Positions 1 to 10,000 of a stretch of DNA of 64,000 bases are shown here, piece after piece. The translations under genes were made by a program, and so were the position numbers. Source of the stretch: an uncultured Candidatus Saccharibacteria bacterium (GTDB lineage: Bacteria > Patescibacteriota > Minisyncoccia > Phycocordibacterales > PALSA-1337); the NCBI GenBank assembly GCA_964459225.1, contig CAYWKB010000001.1, positions 426,163 through 490,162 on the forward strand, written 5' to 3'. Within the stretch, counting starts at the first letter, position 1. Each line of letters opens with the position of its first letter. The notes beneath the pieces were generated by a model, which had not been told where the DNA came from, searched no databases, and saw only the letters and a program-made list of their open reading frames with translations.

Positions 1-296
1 AGTTAGCAGGGTAGCGGGTAACGCCCGTCCATCGCAAGATGCGAGGTGCGAACAGAGACGCCCATTGTAAAAGCAATTTTATAATAGTTCGAAAGAACAG
101 GGTATCCATATTTATATGGATAAGTCATATAGGTAACTATATGATTGCAACGGCAAAATCCTTACTTCAGTGCAAGGCCGTGCTCATAGCAATATGAGAG
201 TGCCGCTTGAGGGATGAGGTAACTCATCTCCCAGATAAATGATTGTCGTCTACAATATTTGTATTGTAGATACAGAACTCGGCTTATCGATATGTC
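1..296 (+). ncRNA. rnpB: RNase P RNA (5' end outside window)
   Basis: 3' signature ACAGAACTCGGCTTATCG (272-289), CCAGATAAATGATTG, GTGCAAG and GGGTAACGCCC hairpin; followed by a terminator. Confidence 0.9.
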
Positions 297-301
297 ACAT
301 C

Positions 302-333
302 AAAAAACTTCCTTAACAGGAGGTTTTTTGTTT
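302..333 (+). terminator. Intrinsic terminator after rnpB
   Basis: AAAAAACTTCCT-TAAC-AGGAGGTTTTTT hairpin with T tract. Confidence 0.7.
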
Positions 334-382
334 GCTATAATTCGTACAATAGATTTTGGTTTTATTAATTAATAATTATATT

Positions 383-2797
383 ATGGATAATTTTGATAGT
401 GTTAAAAATGTTAATGAAACAGTAGCTAGTAAAAATAAAATCGAAAATATCGCATACTATATATTTTTATTTATAATATCCATTTCTCCTATTGTATTTT
501 TTTCTAAGAGTTTTTCACCAATTGATTTAATTAAATATGACCTCATAACATATGGGATACTTGTATCAGTAATAATATATTTAATATCAGTATTTAAGGA
601 TAAGACTATAAGCATTCCTAAAAATAATTTTATTTCATCTACTCTGCTAATTGTCGTTTCTACAATCCTATCCACATTATTTAGTTCAAACATTGGCAAA
701 TCATTTATCGGTCAGGGATTTGAAAGTTCAACTACAACATTTATTTTAATACTGATCATTTCATCTTTACTTTGTTATAACTTTATTAAAAACTCTTCCG
801 AAAGAGTATTGCATATATATTCGGGTATTTTGATTTCATTTATCTGTCTTGTCTTATTCCAATTAATTAGAATGGTAACTGGACCTGATTTTATGTCATT
901 TGGAATATTTAAGACATTATCAAGTACACCAATAGGTAAATTTAGTGATTTGGGTATATTTTCATCAATCATTCTGCTTATTTCATTTTTTGCATATAAA
1001 ATATTAAATTTATCAAAATCTAATAAGATTATTTCTCTTATACTTATAGCTCTATCTTCAATTGTCCTATTGTTTGTTAATTTTCCTCTAGTATTTACTT
1101 CAGTAATTATGGTTTTGATCTTGATTATTATTGATGAATTTTATAAATCTTATTCAAGTAGCAAAAATATTGTAAAATCTTTTTACAAAATATCTGTTGT
1201 GCCGGTTATTCTTCTGATTTTATTTTCATTATTTTTATTTAAAGGAGACATCATTTTAAGTAAGGTTGTTGGTAAATTAGATATTTCAAATTCTGAATTA
1301 TATTTACCATGGCAATATACATTGGATATTGGCGCAGATACCATTAAATCATCACCGATTTTGGGAGCTGGTCCAAACAAATTTACTAGCCAGTATTTAA
1401 AATACAAACCACAGGAAATCAATTCAACACAGTTTTATAATGTTGATTTTAACAATGGTTTTGGAAATATCCCAAGCATATTAGTTACTCAAGGATTGCT
1501 AGGTGCAATTGCATGGATAATATTTTTATGCGTTTTCCTAAATTCTGGATACAAAAATATTATTAAAAAGGATTCATCAAGAGATTTCGCATATTTTACA
1601 AAAATATCTGTTTTTTGTATTTCTCTAATTCTGATAATATTCAATATAATTTATACGCCATTCCATGTGATAATGTTTTTAACTGCAATTTTTGTTGGTA
1701 TATATGTGAGTACAATAACGACAAAAGATTATGTATTAGATAAAAAATATTTAAAGATAATTTTATTAATTGCAATTGTTGTTCTAGTCTCATGGTTTGG
1801 ATTTCTAGTTAAAAAGGGAATTGCATTAAGTTATTTTAATCAGGGTATCAAAAATATAAATTTACCAAATAATGCAGGTGTAAAAGAAGCAAAAGATAAA
1901 TTTAAAAAGGCATTAAGTTTTGATGAGGCTGATATATATTATCAAGCATTAACTGAAAATAATATTATACAGATCAGTCTATTGGTATCTGAATTACAAA
2001 AGATTTCAAATGGAGCGGATAGAGCTAAGTCTGATGAAATCACAAAAGAAATCAGTAAATTAGTTGAAGAAGCATTACAGTATTCAAGAAAGGCAATAGA
2101 AATAGATAATACAAATTATTATAATTATATTTCTGAGGCTAGAATTTCTGAAGTTGCTAGTGGTTTAAAGGTCAAAAATGCTTATGAAAATACTATAAAC
2201 GCTTATATTAATGCAATCAAAATAAGCCCAAGAAATCCTTATACATATTTAGCTATAGCGAGATTTGAATTTTCAAATGATAAAATCGAAAATTCTCTGC
2301 CATATATTGGAGCTGCACTTCAGTTGAAGCAAAATTATCTTGATGCAGTATTTTTGCTTGCACAAGTTCAGGTGAAACAAGGTAAGACAAAAGATGCTAT
2401 AGATTCAGTTAAATTTGCTACACAAATAAATCCAAATGATCCAACATTATTTTTCCAATTAGGTATACTTTACTATAATGATAAAAATTATTACGAGGCA
2501 ATCAATGCTCTTAATCAAGCAATCAAATTGAATAATTCATATGCAAATGCACAGTACTTCCTAGGATTGTCGTATGCAAGAGTTCAAAATATTAAAGATG
2601 CAATAATTAATTTTGAAGTATTAGAAAAAACAAATCCAGAAAGTGAAGAAGTTAAATTGATTTTGAAAAATCTTAGAATTGGTAAATCAATATTTGCAGA
2701 TGCAACACCTACAATAGATAGTAAGCCAGAAAAAAGGACAACTCTTCCATTAACTGAAAAAAAGAGTACAGTTAAAAAGACAAATCTAACAAGATAG
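383..2797 (+). CDS. Multi-pass membrane protein (O-antigen ligase/GT-C-like) with C-terminal TPR repeats
   Basis: Many TM segments, PILGAGP-N-F motif, TPR-like repeats; ATG at 383 preferred to TTG at 356. Confidence 0.75.
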   Translation: MDNFDSVKNVNETVASKNKIENIAYYIFLFIISISPIVFFSKSFSPIDLIKYDLITYGILVSVIIYLISVFKDKTISIPKNNFISSTLLIVVSTILSTLFSSNIGKSFIGQGFESSTTTFILILIISSLLCYNFIKNSSERVLHIYSGILISFICLVLFQLIRMVTGPDFMSFGIFKTLSSTPIGKFSDLGIFSSIILLISFFAYKILNLSKSNKIISLILIALSSIVLLFVNFPLVFTSVIMVLILIIIDEFYKSYSSSKNIVKSFYKISVVPVILLILFSLFLFKGDIILSKVVGKLDISNSELYLPWQYTLDIGADTIKSSPILGAGPNKFTSQYLKYKPQEINSTQFYNVDFNNGFGNIPSILVTQGLLGAIAWIIFLCVFLNSGYKNIIKKDSSRDFAYFTKISVFCISLILIIFNIIYTPFHVIMFLTAIFVGIYVSTITTKDYVLDKKYLKIILLIAIVVLVSWFGFLVKKGIALSYFNQGIKNINLPNNAGVKEAKDKFKKALSFDEADIYYQALTENNIIQISLLVSELQKISNGADRAKSDEITKEISKLVEEALQYSRKAIEIDNTNYYNYISEARISEVASGLKVKNAYENTINAYINAIKISPRNPYTYLAIARFEFSNDKIENSLPYIGAALQLKQNYLDAVFLLAQVQVKQGKTKDAIDSVKFATQINPNDPTLFFQLGILYYNDKNYYEAINALNQAIKLNNSYANAQYFLGLSYARVQNIKDAIINFEVLEKTNPESEEVKLILKNLRIGKSIFADATPTIDSKPEKRTTLPLTEKKSTVKKTNLTR

Positions 2798-2810
2798 AAA
2801 ATAGACTAAA

Positions 2811-4490
2811 ATGGTTAAAAGATTTTTTAAGATTATGGGTAAGGAAATAAGTGGTTTGCACGAAGCAGCTTATCTACTAGCATTCTTTGCTCTACTTTCA
2901 CAAATACTAGCTTTAGTAAGGGATAAATTACTAGCATATCATTTTGGTGCTGGGCATATATTGGATATATATTATTCTGCATTTAGAATACCTGATTTGA
3001 TCTTTGTATCTATTGCATCTGTGGTTTCAGCGTCTGTACTTGTGCCGTTTTTTATAGATAGATTTCATAATGATAATGACAAGGGTAAGAGATTTATAGA
3101 TAGTGTATTTTCTGCATTTTTTCTAATTATAATTTTTGTTAGTGCTCTCACCTATATTTTTATTCCTGATTTAGTGAAATTACTATTACCGGGCTTTACA
3201 AATGATCCATATCTAGGTGAATTAATAGATGCAACAAGGATACTTCTACTCTCACCTATATTTTTAGGGCTTTCGAATTTCTTTTCTAGTATTACACAAA
3301 TGCGCAAAAGATTTTTGGTATATGCATTAAGTCCGGTTATATATAATATTGGAATTATTTTTGGAATTATTTTCTTGTATCCAATATACGGATTAATGGG
3401 ACTAATATGGGGCGTTGTTATTGGTGCATTTATGCATATGGCGATACAAATTCCTTTTATACTTTCAAGTGATATCATTCCAAGTTTAAAACTCAAAATC
3501 CATTTTAATGATATTAAAAAAGTAGTACTAGTATCATTCCCAAGAACAATTACACTATCTTCAAATCAATTAGCTTCATTTTTCCTTGTATCACTTGCTT
3601 CACTTATGAGTGGCGGATCAATTTCTATATTTAACCTTGCATTCAATCTTCAATCAGTTCCTATGACTATTATTGGTGTGAGTTATTCTTCTGCCATATT
3701 CCCAACATTGTCAAAGTTTTTTGTTGAAAATAATAAAAAGGATTTCCTAAAACAAATGATTGATTCGGCAAGACATATTGTCTTTTGGTCAATTCCGATT
3801 ACTGTCTTGTTTATTGTTTTGCGAGCACAAATTGTAAGGACAATATATGGAGCTGGTAAATTTGATTGGCCAGATACAAGACTCACCGCTGCCGCACTTG
3901 CTATATTTATCGTCTCTGCAATAGGACAAAGTCTGATATTGCTTTTTGTTAGAGCATATTATGCTGAAGGAAAGACTATAAAGCCACTTTCAATAAATAT
4001 AATATCTGCGGGCATTATAGTCGTGCTAGGGTATCTGCTTACAAAATTATTTTTTGCATTTCCTATGTTTGCTTATTTCCTAGAAGATTTATTTAAGGTT
4101 ACGGATCAGGTAGGTACAAGTATTTTGGTATTGCCACTTGCATATACAATTGGTGTATTAATCAATTCAGTTCTGCACTGGTATATGTTTGAAAAAGATT
4201 ATAAAGGTTTTACCAAGCCAGTTGTCGAAACATTATTTCAAAGCTTTTCTGCGTCTGTAATAATGGGTTATATTACCTTTTTATCACTTAGATTTTTTAA
4301 TCAGTTTTTACCTCTAACAAAAGCATTAAATGTGTTTCTGCAAGGTTTATGTGCGGGAATAGTCGGTATTATTGCCCTTATTATTGTCTTAATTATATTG
4401 AAAAATAGGGAAATAAAAGAGGTGTGGCAAACTCTACATCATAAGTTTTGGAAAACACGTGTTGTTGTGCCAGATCAGGAAAGTCTATGA
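2811..4490 (+). CDS. murJ: Lipid II flippase MurJ/MviN
   Basis: RD..LAY.FGAG..LDIYYSAFRIPD motif, polytopic membrane protein. Confidence 0.9.
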   Translation: MVKRFFKIMGKEISGLHEAAYLLAFFALLSQILALVRDKLLAYHFGAGHILDIYYSAFRIPDLIFVSIASVVSASVLVPFFIDRFHNDNDKGKRFIDSVFSAFFLIIIFVSALTYIFIPDLVKLLLPGFTNDPYLGELIDATRILLLSPIFLGLSNFFSSITQMRKRFLVYALSPVIYNIGIIFGIIFLYPIYGLMGLIWGVVIGAFMHMAIQIPFILSSDIIPSLKLKIHFNDIKKVVLVSFPRTITLSSNQLASFFLVSLASLMSGGSISIFNLAFNLQSVPMTIIGVSYSSAIFPTLSKFFVENNKKDFLKQMIDSARHIVFWSIPITVLFIVLRAQIVRTIYGAGKFDWPDTRLTAAALAIFIVSAIGQSLILLFVRAYYAEGKTIKPLSINIISAGIIVVLGYLLTKLFFAFPMFAYFLEDLFKVTDQVGTSILVLPLAYTIGVLINSVLHWYMFEKDYKGFTKPVVETLFQSFSASVIMGYITFLSLRFFNQFLPLTKALNVFLQGLCAGIVGIIALIIVLIILKNREIKEVWQTLHHKFWKTRVVVPDQESL

Positions 4491-4525
4491 TTTTCGGTAT
4501 ATTTCTGCTAGTATAAGTTTTACAA

Positions 4526-6346
4526 ATGAATACACAGTTAATAAGAAATTTTTCAATAATTGCCCATATAGATCACGGCAAATCAACTTTGGCTGACCGA
4601 ATGCTGGAGCTTACTAATACTATTGAAAAAAGAAAAATGCAAGAACAAGTACTAGATAGTATGGAACTTGAACGTGAGAGGGGAATAACTATCAAAATGC
4701 AACCGGTTAGAATGAAATTTAAAAAAACAGAGGGAGATAATATTGGTGAAGAATACATACTAAATCTCATAGATACTCCAGGACATATTGATTTTTCATA
4801 TGAAGTTTCAAGAGCGCTCAAAGCTGTTGAGGGATCAATTTTGCTTGTTGATGCTACTCAAGGTGTTCAGGCTCAGACATTAACTACATTAAATATGGCC
4901 CGTGAATCTGGGTTAAAGATAATACCAGTTATTTCAAAGATAGATTCACCGCTTGCAAGAATAAATGATGTCGTACATGAAGTCTGTACTTTGCTTGATT
5001 GTAAGGAAAGCGAAGTATTAAAGGTTTCAGGTAAGACCGGAGAGGGTGTAATACACTTATTAAATGAAGTAATAAATAGAATACCCGCACCAAAGTCACC
5101 GGATAACAATAATACAAATGAATTCAGATCTCTTGTTTTTGATTTTCAGTATTCAAATCATAAAGGAGTTATCGTCTACGTGAGGGTTATGAATGGATCA
5201 GTTAAAAGACATGATCAATTGCTATTTAAAATTTCTGATGAAAAGTTTCAAGCATTAGAAGTAGGAATATTTGCACCGGACGATACTCCAACCGAAAGCT
5301 TGGGAGTGGGTGAAATAGGATATATTGTAACCGGTATCAAACAACCTGGTATTGCATCTGTTGGAGACACTGTAGCGTCTATTAAAGACAATACAGAGGC
5401 ATTGCACGGATATATGTCACCCAGTCCAGTTGTTTGGGCATCAGTGTATACGGAAAGCCAAGACGATTTTAATGCCTTAAGAATGGCATTGGGCAGGCTT
5501 AGATTATCTGATTCCTCATTTACACATGAAGAGGAGGCTTCAGGAACATTGGGAAGAGGTTTTAGATGCGGTTTCCTTGGAATGTTACATCTCGAAATAA
5601 TCACTGAAAGACTCAGAAGGGAGTTTAATTTAGATTTGGTAGTTACAACTCCAAGTATTACTTATAATGTTGAATTGAAAAATGGTAAAACAATAACAAT
5701 ATATTCTCCTGCGCTTTTCCCTGATGATCATGAAGTCAAAAAAGTCTATGAACCATTGGTTAAAATGAAGATAATCACACCGCCTGATTATTTGGGTACA
5801 ATAATGCAATCAGTTTTTAATCATGAAGGCGAGGTTTCAATAACTGAAAATTTCGGTGAAAACAGAACATCAATTTCACTTGTTATGCCACTTCGTGAAT
5901 TAATGAGGAATTTTTTTGATGAAATTAAAAGTGTTTCCTCAGGTTTTGCATCTATTTCTTATGAACTAGGTGAAATGAGAGAAGCAGATGTTGTAAGACT
6001 AGACATTTTGGTTGCAGATGAACCAGTTATTGCATTTACAAGAGTTGTATCAAGGAGAAGATTAGAAGAAGAAGCAAAACTAGCAGTAGAAAAGCTACAT
6101 AAGGTATTACCAAGACAAATGTTTACATTAAAAATCCAAGGAAAAGCACAGGGAAGAATAATCGCATCAGAAACACTTTTAGGAATGCAGAAAAATGTAA
6201 CACAACATATGTACGGTGGCGATAGAACTAGAAAAATGAAATTATGGGAAAAGCAAAAGGAAGGTAAAAAGAAAATGAAAGAATTAGGAAGAGGTAATGT
6301 AAATATTCCTCAGGATGTGTTTATAAAGATGATGAGAAACGATTAA
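4526..6346 (+). CDS. lepA: Elongation factor 4 (LepA)
   Basis: IRNFSIIAHIDHGKSTLADR, GFRCGFLGMLH, YGGD.TRK.KL.EKQKEGKKKMK. Confidence 0.97.
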   Translation: MNTQLIRNFSIIAHIDHGKSTLADRMLELTNTIEKRKMQEQVLDSMELERERGITIKMQPVRMKFKKTEGDNIGEEYILNLIDTPGHIDFSYEVSRALKAVEGSILLVDATQGVQAQTLTTLNMARESGLKIIPVISKIDSPLARINDVVHEVCTLLDCKESEVLKVSGKTGEGVIHLLNEVINRIPAPKSPDNNNTNEFRSLVFDFQYSNHKGVIVYVRVMNGSVKRHDQLLFKISDEKFQALEVGIFAPDDTPTESLGVGEIGYIVTGIKQPGIASVGDTVASIKDNTEALHGYMSPSPVVWASVYTESQDDFNALRMALGRLRLSDSSFTHEEEASGTLGRGFRCGFLGMLHLEIITERLRREFNLDLVVTTPSITYNVELKNGKTITIYSPALFPDDHEVKKVYEPLVKMKIITPPDYLGTIMQSVFNHEGEVSITENFGENRTSISLVMPLRELMRNFFDEIKSVSSGFASISYELGEMREADVVRLDILVADEPVIAFTRVVSRRRLEEEAKLAVEKLHKVLPRQMFTLKIQGKAQGRIIASETLLGMQKNVTQHMYGGDRTRKMKLWEKQKEGKKKMKELGRGNVNIPQDVFIKMMRND

Positions 6347-6488
6347 AATAGGTTTGGAAGTGACCAAAGTATCATACTTACTATTATAAGTACTCCTATT
6401 ATTATCATTGCAACACGCAAAAACTTTTTTGTATTGTGGTGGAATAACATATGTGTTGCATAGTATACTATATGTATATATAAATTCA

Positions 6489-6869
6489 ATGATTGATTTT
6501 CAAAAGAAAAAAAGAATTAGGAAAATATTATACTCACCCATTTCTCTTATTATTTTATTTATTGTATTTATTTTACTTTTTAAATCAGTTTGGAATGTAT
6601 ACGATAAACAAAAATTAAGTATCAAAAATCTTAATCAAGAAAAAATAGAAAATGATAAACTTTCACAAAGAGAAAAAAAGCTAAATACATCTATAGAATA
6701 TTTAAAAACAGAACAAGGAATAGAAAATGAAATACGCGTCAAATTCCGAGCTGTGAGGGAAGGTGAACAAATATCAGTCATAGTTGATGATAATAATGTT
6801 AATACAGTAACAGTATCTACTAGCACAATTAAAAAAGGTTTTTGGAATAATCTTTTTATGTTAAAATAG
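6489..6869 (+). CDS. Septum formation initiator (FtsB/DivIC-like)
   Basis: Single TM, coiled coil, E.EIR.KF...REGE motif; start at MIDFQ. Confidence 0.7.
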   Translation: MIDFQKKKRIRKILYSPISLIILFIVFILLFKSVWNVYDKQKLSIKNLNQEKIENDKLSQREKKLNTSIEYLKTEQGIENEIRVKFRAVREGEQISVIVDDNNVNTVTVSTSTIKKGFWNNLFMLK

Positions 6870-6896
6870 CATTAATTAATAGTTTAATTAAAATTC

Positions 6897-7130
6897 ATGA
6901 AAAATATCACAATATACTCAACCCCAACATGCCACTATTGCAATGAAGCAAAAAAGTTTATGAAGGAAAACAATATCTCATACAATGAACACAATGTAGC
7001 AACAGATTTGGAACAAAGGAAAATCATGGTAGATAAAAGTGGTCAACTAGGTGTGCCGGTAATAGATATCGATGGCAAGATTATGGTTGGATTTGAAGAG
7101 GGAAGTTTCAAAAAGGCATTAGGTATATAA
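6897..7130 (+). CDS. NrdH-like glutaredoxin
   Basis: YSTPTCHYC, GVPVIDIDG..GF. Confidence 0.9.
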   Translation: MKNITIYSTPTCHYCNEAKKFMKENNISYNEHNVATDLEQRKIMVDKSGQLGVPVIDIDGKIMVGFEEGSFKKALGI

Positions 7131-7139
7131 AGTTATACC

Positions 7140-7166
7140 AAAAGACAGGACAATATCCTGTCTTTT
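7140..7166. terminator. Hairpin terminator
   Basis: AAAAGACAGGA-CAATA-TCCTGTCTTTT. Confidence 0.65.
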
Positions 7167-7184
7167 GTGTTATATTCATATTGC

Positions 7185-7256
7185 GCCCTTGTAGTTCAAT
7201 GGATAGAACAGTTCCGTCCTAAGGAATAGATCCAGGTTCGATTCCTGGTGAGGGCA
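7185..7256 (+). tRNA. tRNA-Arg(CCT)
   Basis: Cloverleaf GCCCTTG...TGAGGGC, anticodon loop GTCCTAA, TTCGATT T-loop. Confidence 0.93.
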
Positions 7257-7302
7257 CAATTCAATCTTTTAATTTATCTCATATTCTGGTATACTCTTTT
7301 TT

Positions 7303-7572
7303 ATGAGTCCTGAAGATAGATCTTTATTAGAAAGAACACTCAAATTAGCTGAGGAGAATAATATCATTCTCAAGTCTATTCGTCGTAGTAATAGGATTAG
7401 TATGGCGGTGAGGGCTTTGTACTGGATAGTAATAATCGGTCTTTCTGTCGGGGCTTTGTATTTTATTCAGCCGTATATTGATTTCCTTTTTGGTGCATTA
7501 AATGGCGGTGGAAAGACAACAGATGCAGTTAATACACAATCAATAAATTTACTGCAAGATTTGTTGAAATAA
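7303..7572 (+). CDS. Small single-TM hypothetical protein
   Basis: 89-aa ORF with one hydrophobic helix; TATACT -10 box just upstream. Confidence 0.7.
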   Translation: MSPEDRSLLERTLKLAEENNIILKSIRRSNRISMAVRALYWIVIIGLSVGALYFIQPYIDFLFGALNGGGKTTDAVNTQSINLLQDLLK

Positions 7573-7606
7573 ATGTTTTTTAAATTAAATATCAGTTTAG
7601 ATTACG

Positions 7607-7634
7607 TACCAACGCCAAGGTAGCTGTCTTGGTA
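7607..7634 (+). repeat. 19-bp duplicate of the tRNA-Phe leader/5' end forming an acceptor-stem-like hairpin
   Basis: TACCAACGCCAAGGTAGCT at 7607-7625 is identical to 7681-7699. Confidence 0.85.
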
Positions 7635-7687
7635 GGCCCAGAACAATATGTGGTAGGAATAATAAAATTAAGTGTAAGTATACCAAC

Positions 7688-7760
7688 GCCAAGGTAGCTC
7701 AGTTGGTAGAGCATTCCCCTGAAGAGGGAAGGGTCACCAGTTCGATCCTGGTCCTTGGCA
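7688..7760 (+). tRNA. tRNA-Phe(GAA)
   Basis: GCCAAGG...CCTTGGC-A cloverleaf, anticodon loop CTGAAGA. Confidence 0.96.
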
Positions 7761-7819
7761 CAAATACATTGAGTAATAACTTTTATCAAGTTATAATATA
7801 GCAATAATTATTTTGCTAT

Positions 7820-8974
7820 ATGAAAATTCAACAAAAAAAGTGGACATTAAATGATGGTTGGAAAGTTATAGGTAATTCAACTGATTCATTAAATAATGCA
7901 GATTTGGTTTTAATATTTGGAGGTAACAATGCATTAAAGGATAAAAATAAATTTGATGAAATCAAATCATGGTATCCAAATGCAAATATTGTAAGTTCAA
8001 GTACAGCCGGTGAAATCGTTGGTACTGAAGTTTCTGATGATGGTCTTGTTTTGACTGCTATTAAATTTGAAAAGACAAAGCTTTCATTTGTTGAAGCTGA
8101 GATTGACAATGCTGATCAAAGCGAACAAATAGGTATTAAGCTGGCACAAGGTTTAGATCAAAATGGTTTAAATCATGTAATGATATTTTCGGATGGATTA
8201 TATGTAAACGGTACTCCACTAGTACGAGGTCTGCTTAAGGGCTTGCCATACAATGTTTCAGTTACAGGGGGTCTTGCCGGTGATGGTCCGAGATTTAAGG
8301 AAACTTTAATTGGTTTTAATGATATTGCAAAAAGTAAAAAGCTTGTTTGTATAGGATTTTATGGAAATAATATAAAAATAGGATACGGTTCACTCGGTGG
8401 TTGGGATGCTTTTGGAATATCAAGAACAATTACAAAATCAAAAGGAAATGTACTTTACGAATTAGACGGTGTGCCAGCTCTATCAATATACAAAGAATAT
8501 TTAGGAGATTTAGCAAAAGATCTACCAGCAAGTGGACTTCTTTTTCCTTTAAATTTAAATATTAAAACTGATTCAGGAAAAGAAGTTGAAGTTGCCAGAA
8601 CAATACTTGCTGTTGATGAAAATGATCAATCAATGACATTTGCAGGTGATATGCCTGAAGGAGTTGTTGCAAGATTTATGAAAGCAAATTTTGATAGAAT
8701 AATAGATGGTGCATCAGGTGCGGCTAATATGAGTATTGAGGCACTTCAAAATAATAAAGCAGAACTTGCAATACTTGTAAGTTGTATAGGAAGAAAGTTA
8801 GTGCTTAAGGATAGAGTGGAAGAAGAGGTTGAAGCTGTAAGGGAAAAAATAGGTGATAATGTATCAATAGTTGGCTTTTATTCATATGGTGAAATATGCC
8901 CAACAGCACCAACAGAAAGACAGTGCCAATTACATAATCAAACAATGACTATTACCACATTTCGTGAAGAATAA
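7820..8974 (+). CDS. FIST (NosP-like) sensory protein
   Basis: STAGEI, GGLAGDG, SCIGRK, GFYSYGEI, LHNQTMTIT. Confidence 0.9.
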   Translation: MKIQQKKWTLNDGWKVIGNSTDSLNNADLVLIFGGNNALKDKNKFDEIKSWYPNANIVSSSTAGEIVGTEVSDDGLVLTAIKFEKTKLSFVEAEIDNADQSEQIGIKLAQGLDQNGLNHVMIFSDGLYVNGTPLVRGLLKGLPYNVSVTGGLAGDGPRFKETLIGFNDIAKSKKLVCIGFYGNNIKIGYGSLGGWDAFGISRTITKSKGNVLYELDGVPALSIYKEYLGDLAKDLPASGLLFPLNLNIKTDSGKEVEVARTILAVDENDQSMTFAGDMPEGVVARFMKANFDRIIDGASGAANMSIEALQNNKAELAILVSCIGRKLVLKDRVEEEVEAVREKIGDNVSIVGFYSYGEICPTAPTERQCQLHNQTMTITTFREE

Positions 8975-8976
8975 AC

Positions 8977-9960
8977 ATGCATCATTTACTTGAAAGACAA
9001 TATAAAAAGGTTTTTAAGGATAAAACAAACAATTCAAAAGAAATTGAAGATTTATTAAATATTATAAGTACAACTTATGAAAACAATGATACAGATAGGA
9101 AATTACTAGAACATTCATTTGCAGTTAGTTCAAAAGAGTTCGGTGAATTAAATGCAAAGGTGTTAAAACTTTTGAAAGATTTGGAAATTGAAAAAGAAAG
9201 TGTAGAAAAAAAGGTCATACAACGAACACAAGAGTTAATAGAGGCAAATAAAAGATTAACTGAATTGGATAAAATTAAAACAGAATTCATCTCTGTTGCA
9301 GCACATCAATTACGAACACCGCTTTCAGCAGTAAAGTGGACATTGTCTTCACTTATTGAGGAATCAAACGATAATCTCACGGTAGAACAAAAGACTCTGC
9401 TACTAAAGGGTTATGAAAGTAATGAAAGAATAATAAAGCTCATAAATGAAATGCTTGTGGTTACAAGAATAGAATCAGGAAAAATGTCATATAATTTTTC
9501 GTATATTCATATTGAAGATTTGATAGATAGTTGTATGCAAGATTTTGAAGGTCAAGCAAGAGCAAGAAGGATAAAATTGGATTTTATTGAAAATAGCAAT
9601 AAATTACCATATATAAATATAGATCCAGAAAAGGTTAGAGCGGTACTACAAAATCTTATCGAAAATGCATTATTTTATACAAAAGATGGGGGTAAAATAG
9701 AAATAAAAGCAGAATTAATAGATGGAAATATAAAAGTTTCAGTTAAAGACAATGGAATAGGAATTCCAGAAAAACAAAAATCAGGAATATTTAATAAATT
9801 TTTTAGAGCAGAAAACGCATTAAAAGTACGCACTGATGGTTCAGGACTTGGACTCTTTGTTTCTAAAAGCATAATTGAAAAGCATGGTGGAGAAATAGGA
9901 TTTGAAAGTATGGAAGGTGTTGGCACAACTTTTTTCTTTAAAATTCCTGCAGTAAAATAA
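8977..9960 (+). CDS. Soluble sensor histidine kinase
   Basis: H-box AAHQLRTPL, N-box NLIENA, DNGIGI, GSGLGL; no TM segment. Confidence 0.92.
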   Translation: MHHLLERQYKKVFKDKTNNSKEIEDLLNIISTTYENNDTDRKLLEHSFAVSSKEFGELNAKVLKLLKDLEIEKESVEKKVIQRTQELIEANKRLTELDKIKTEFISVAAHQLRTPLSAVKWTLSSLIEESNDNLTVEQKTLLLKGYESNERIIKLINEMLVVTRIESGKMSYNFSYIHIEDLIDSCMQDFEGQARARRIKLDFIENSNKLPYINIDPEKVRAVLQNLIENALFYTKDGGKIEIKAELIDGNIKVSVKDNGIGIPEKQKSGIFNKFFRAENALKVRTDGSGLGLFVSKSIIEKHGGEIGFESMEGVGTTFFFKIPAVK

Positions 9961-10000
9961 TAAATAGACCAGTTAAGATTTATATTATATAATTATCGAA

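Noticed and set aside
2811-4490. Alternative genetic code (UGA recoded, as in some CPR lineages)
   Set aside because: murJ ends in TGA at the expected length and conserved genes translate full-length under the standard code
7592-7804. 70-aa minus ORF
   Set aside because: Antisense to tRNA-Phe
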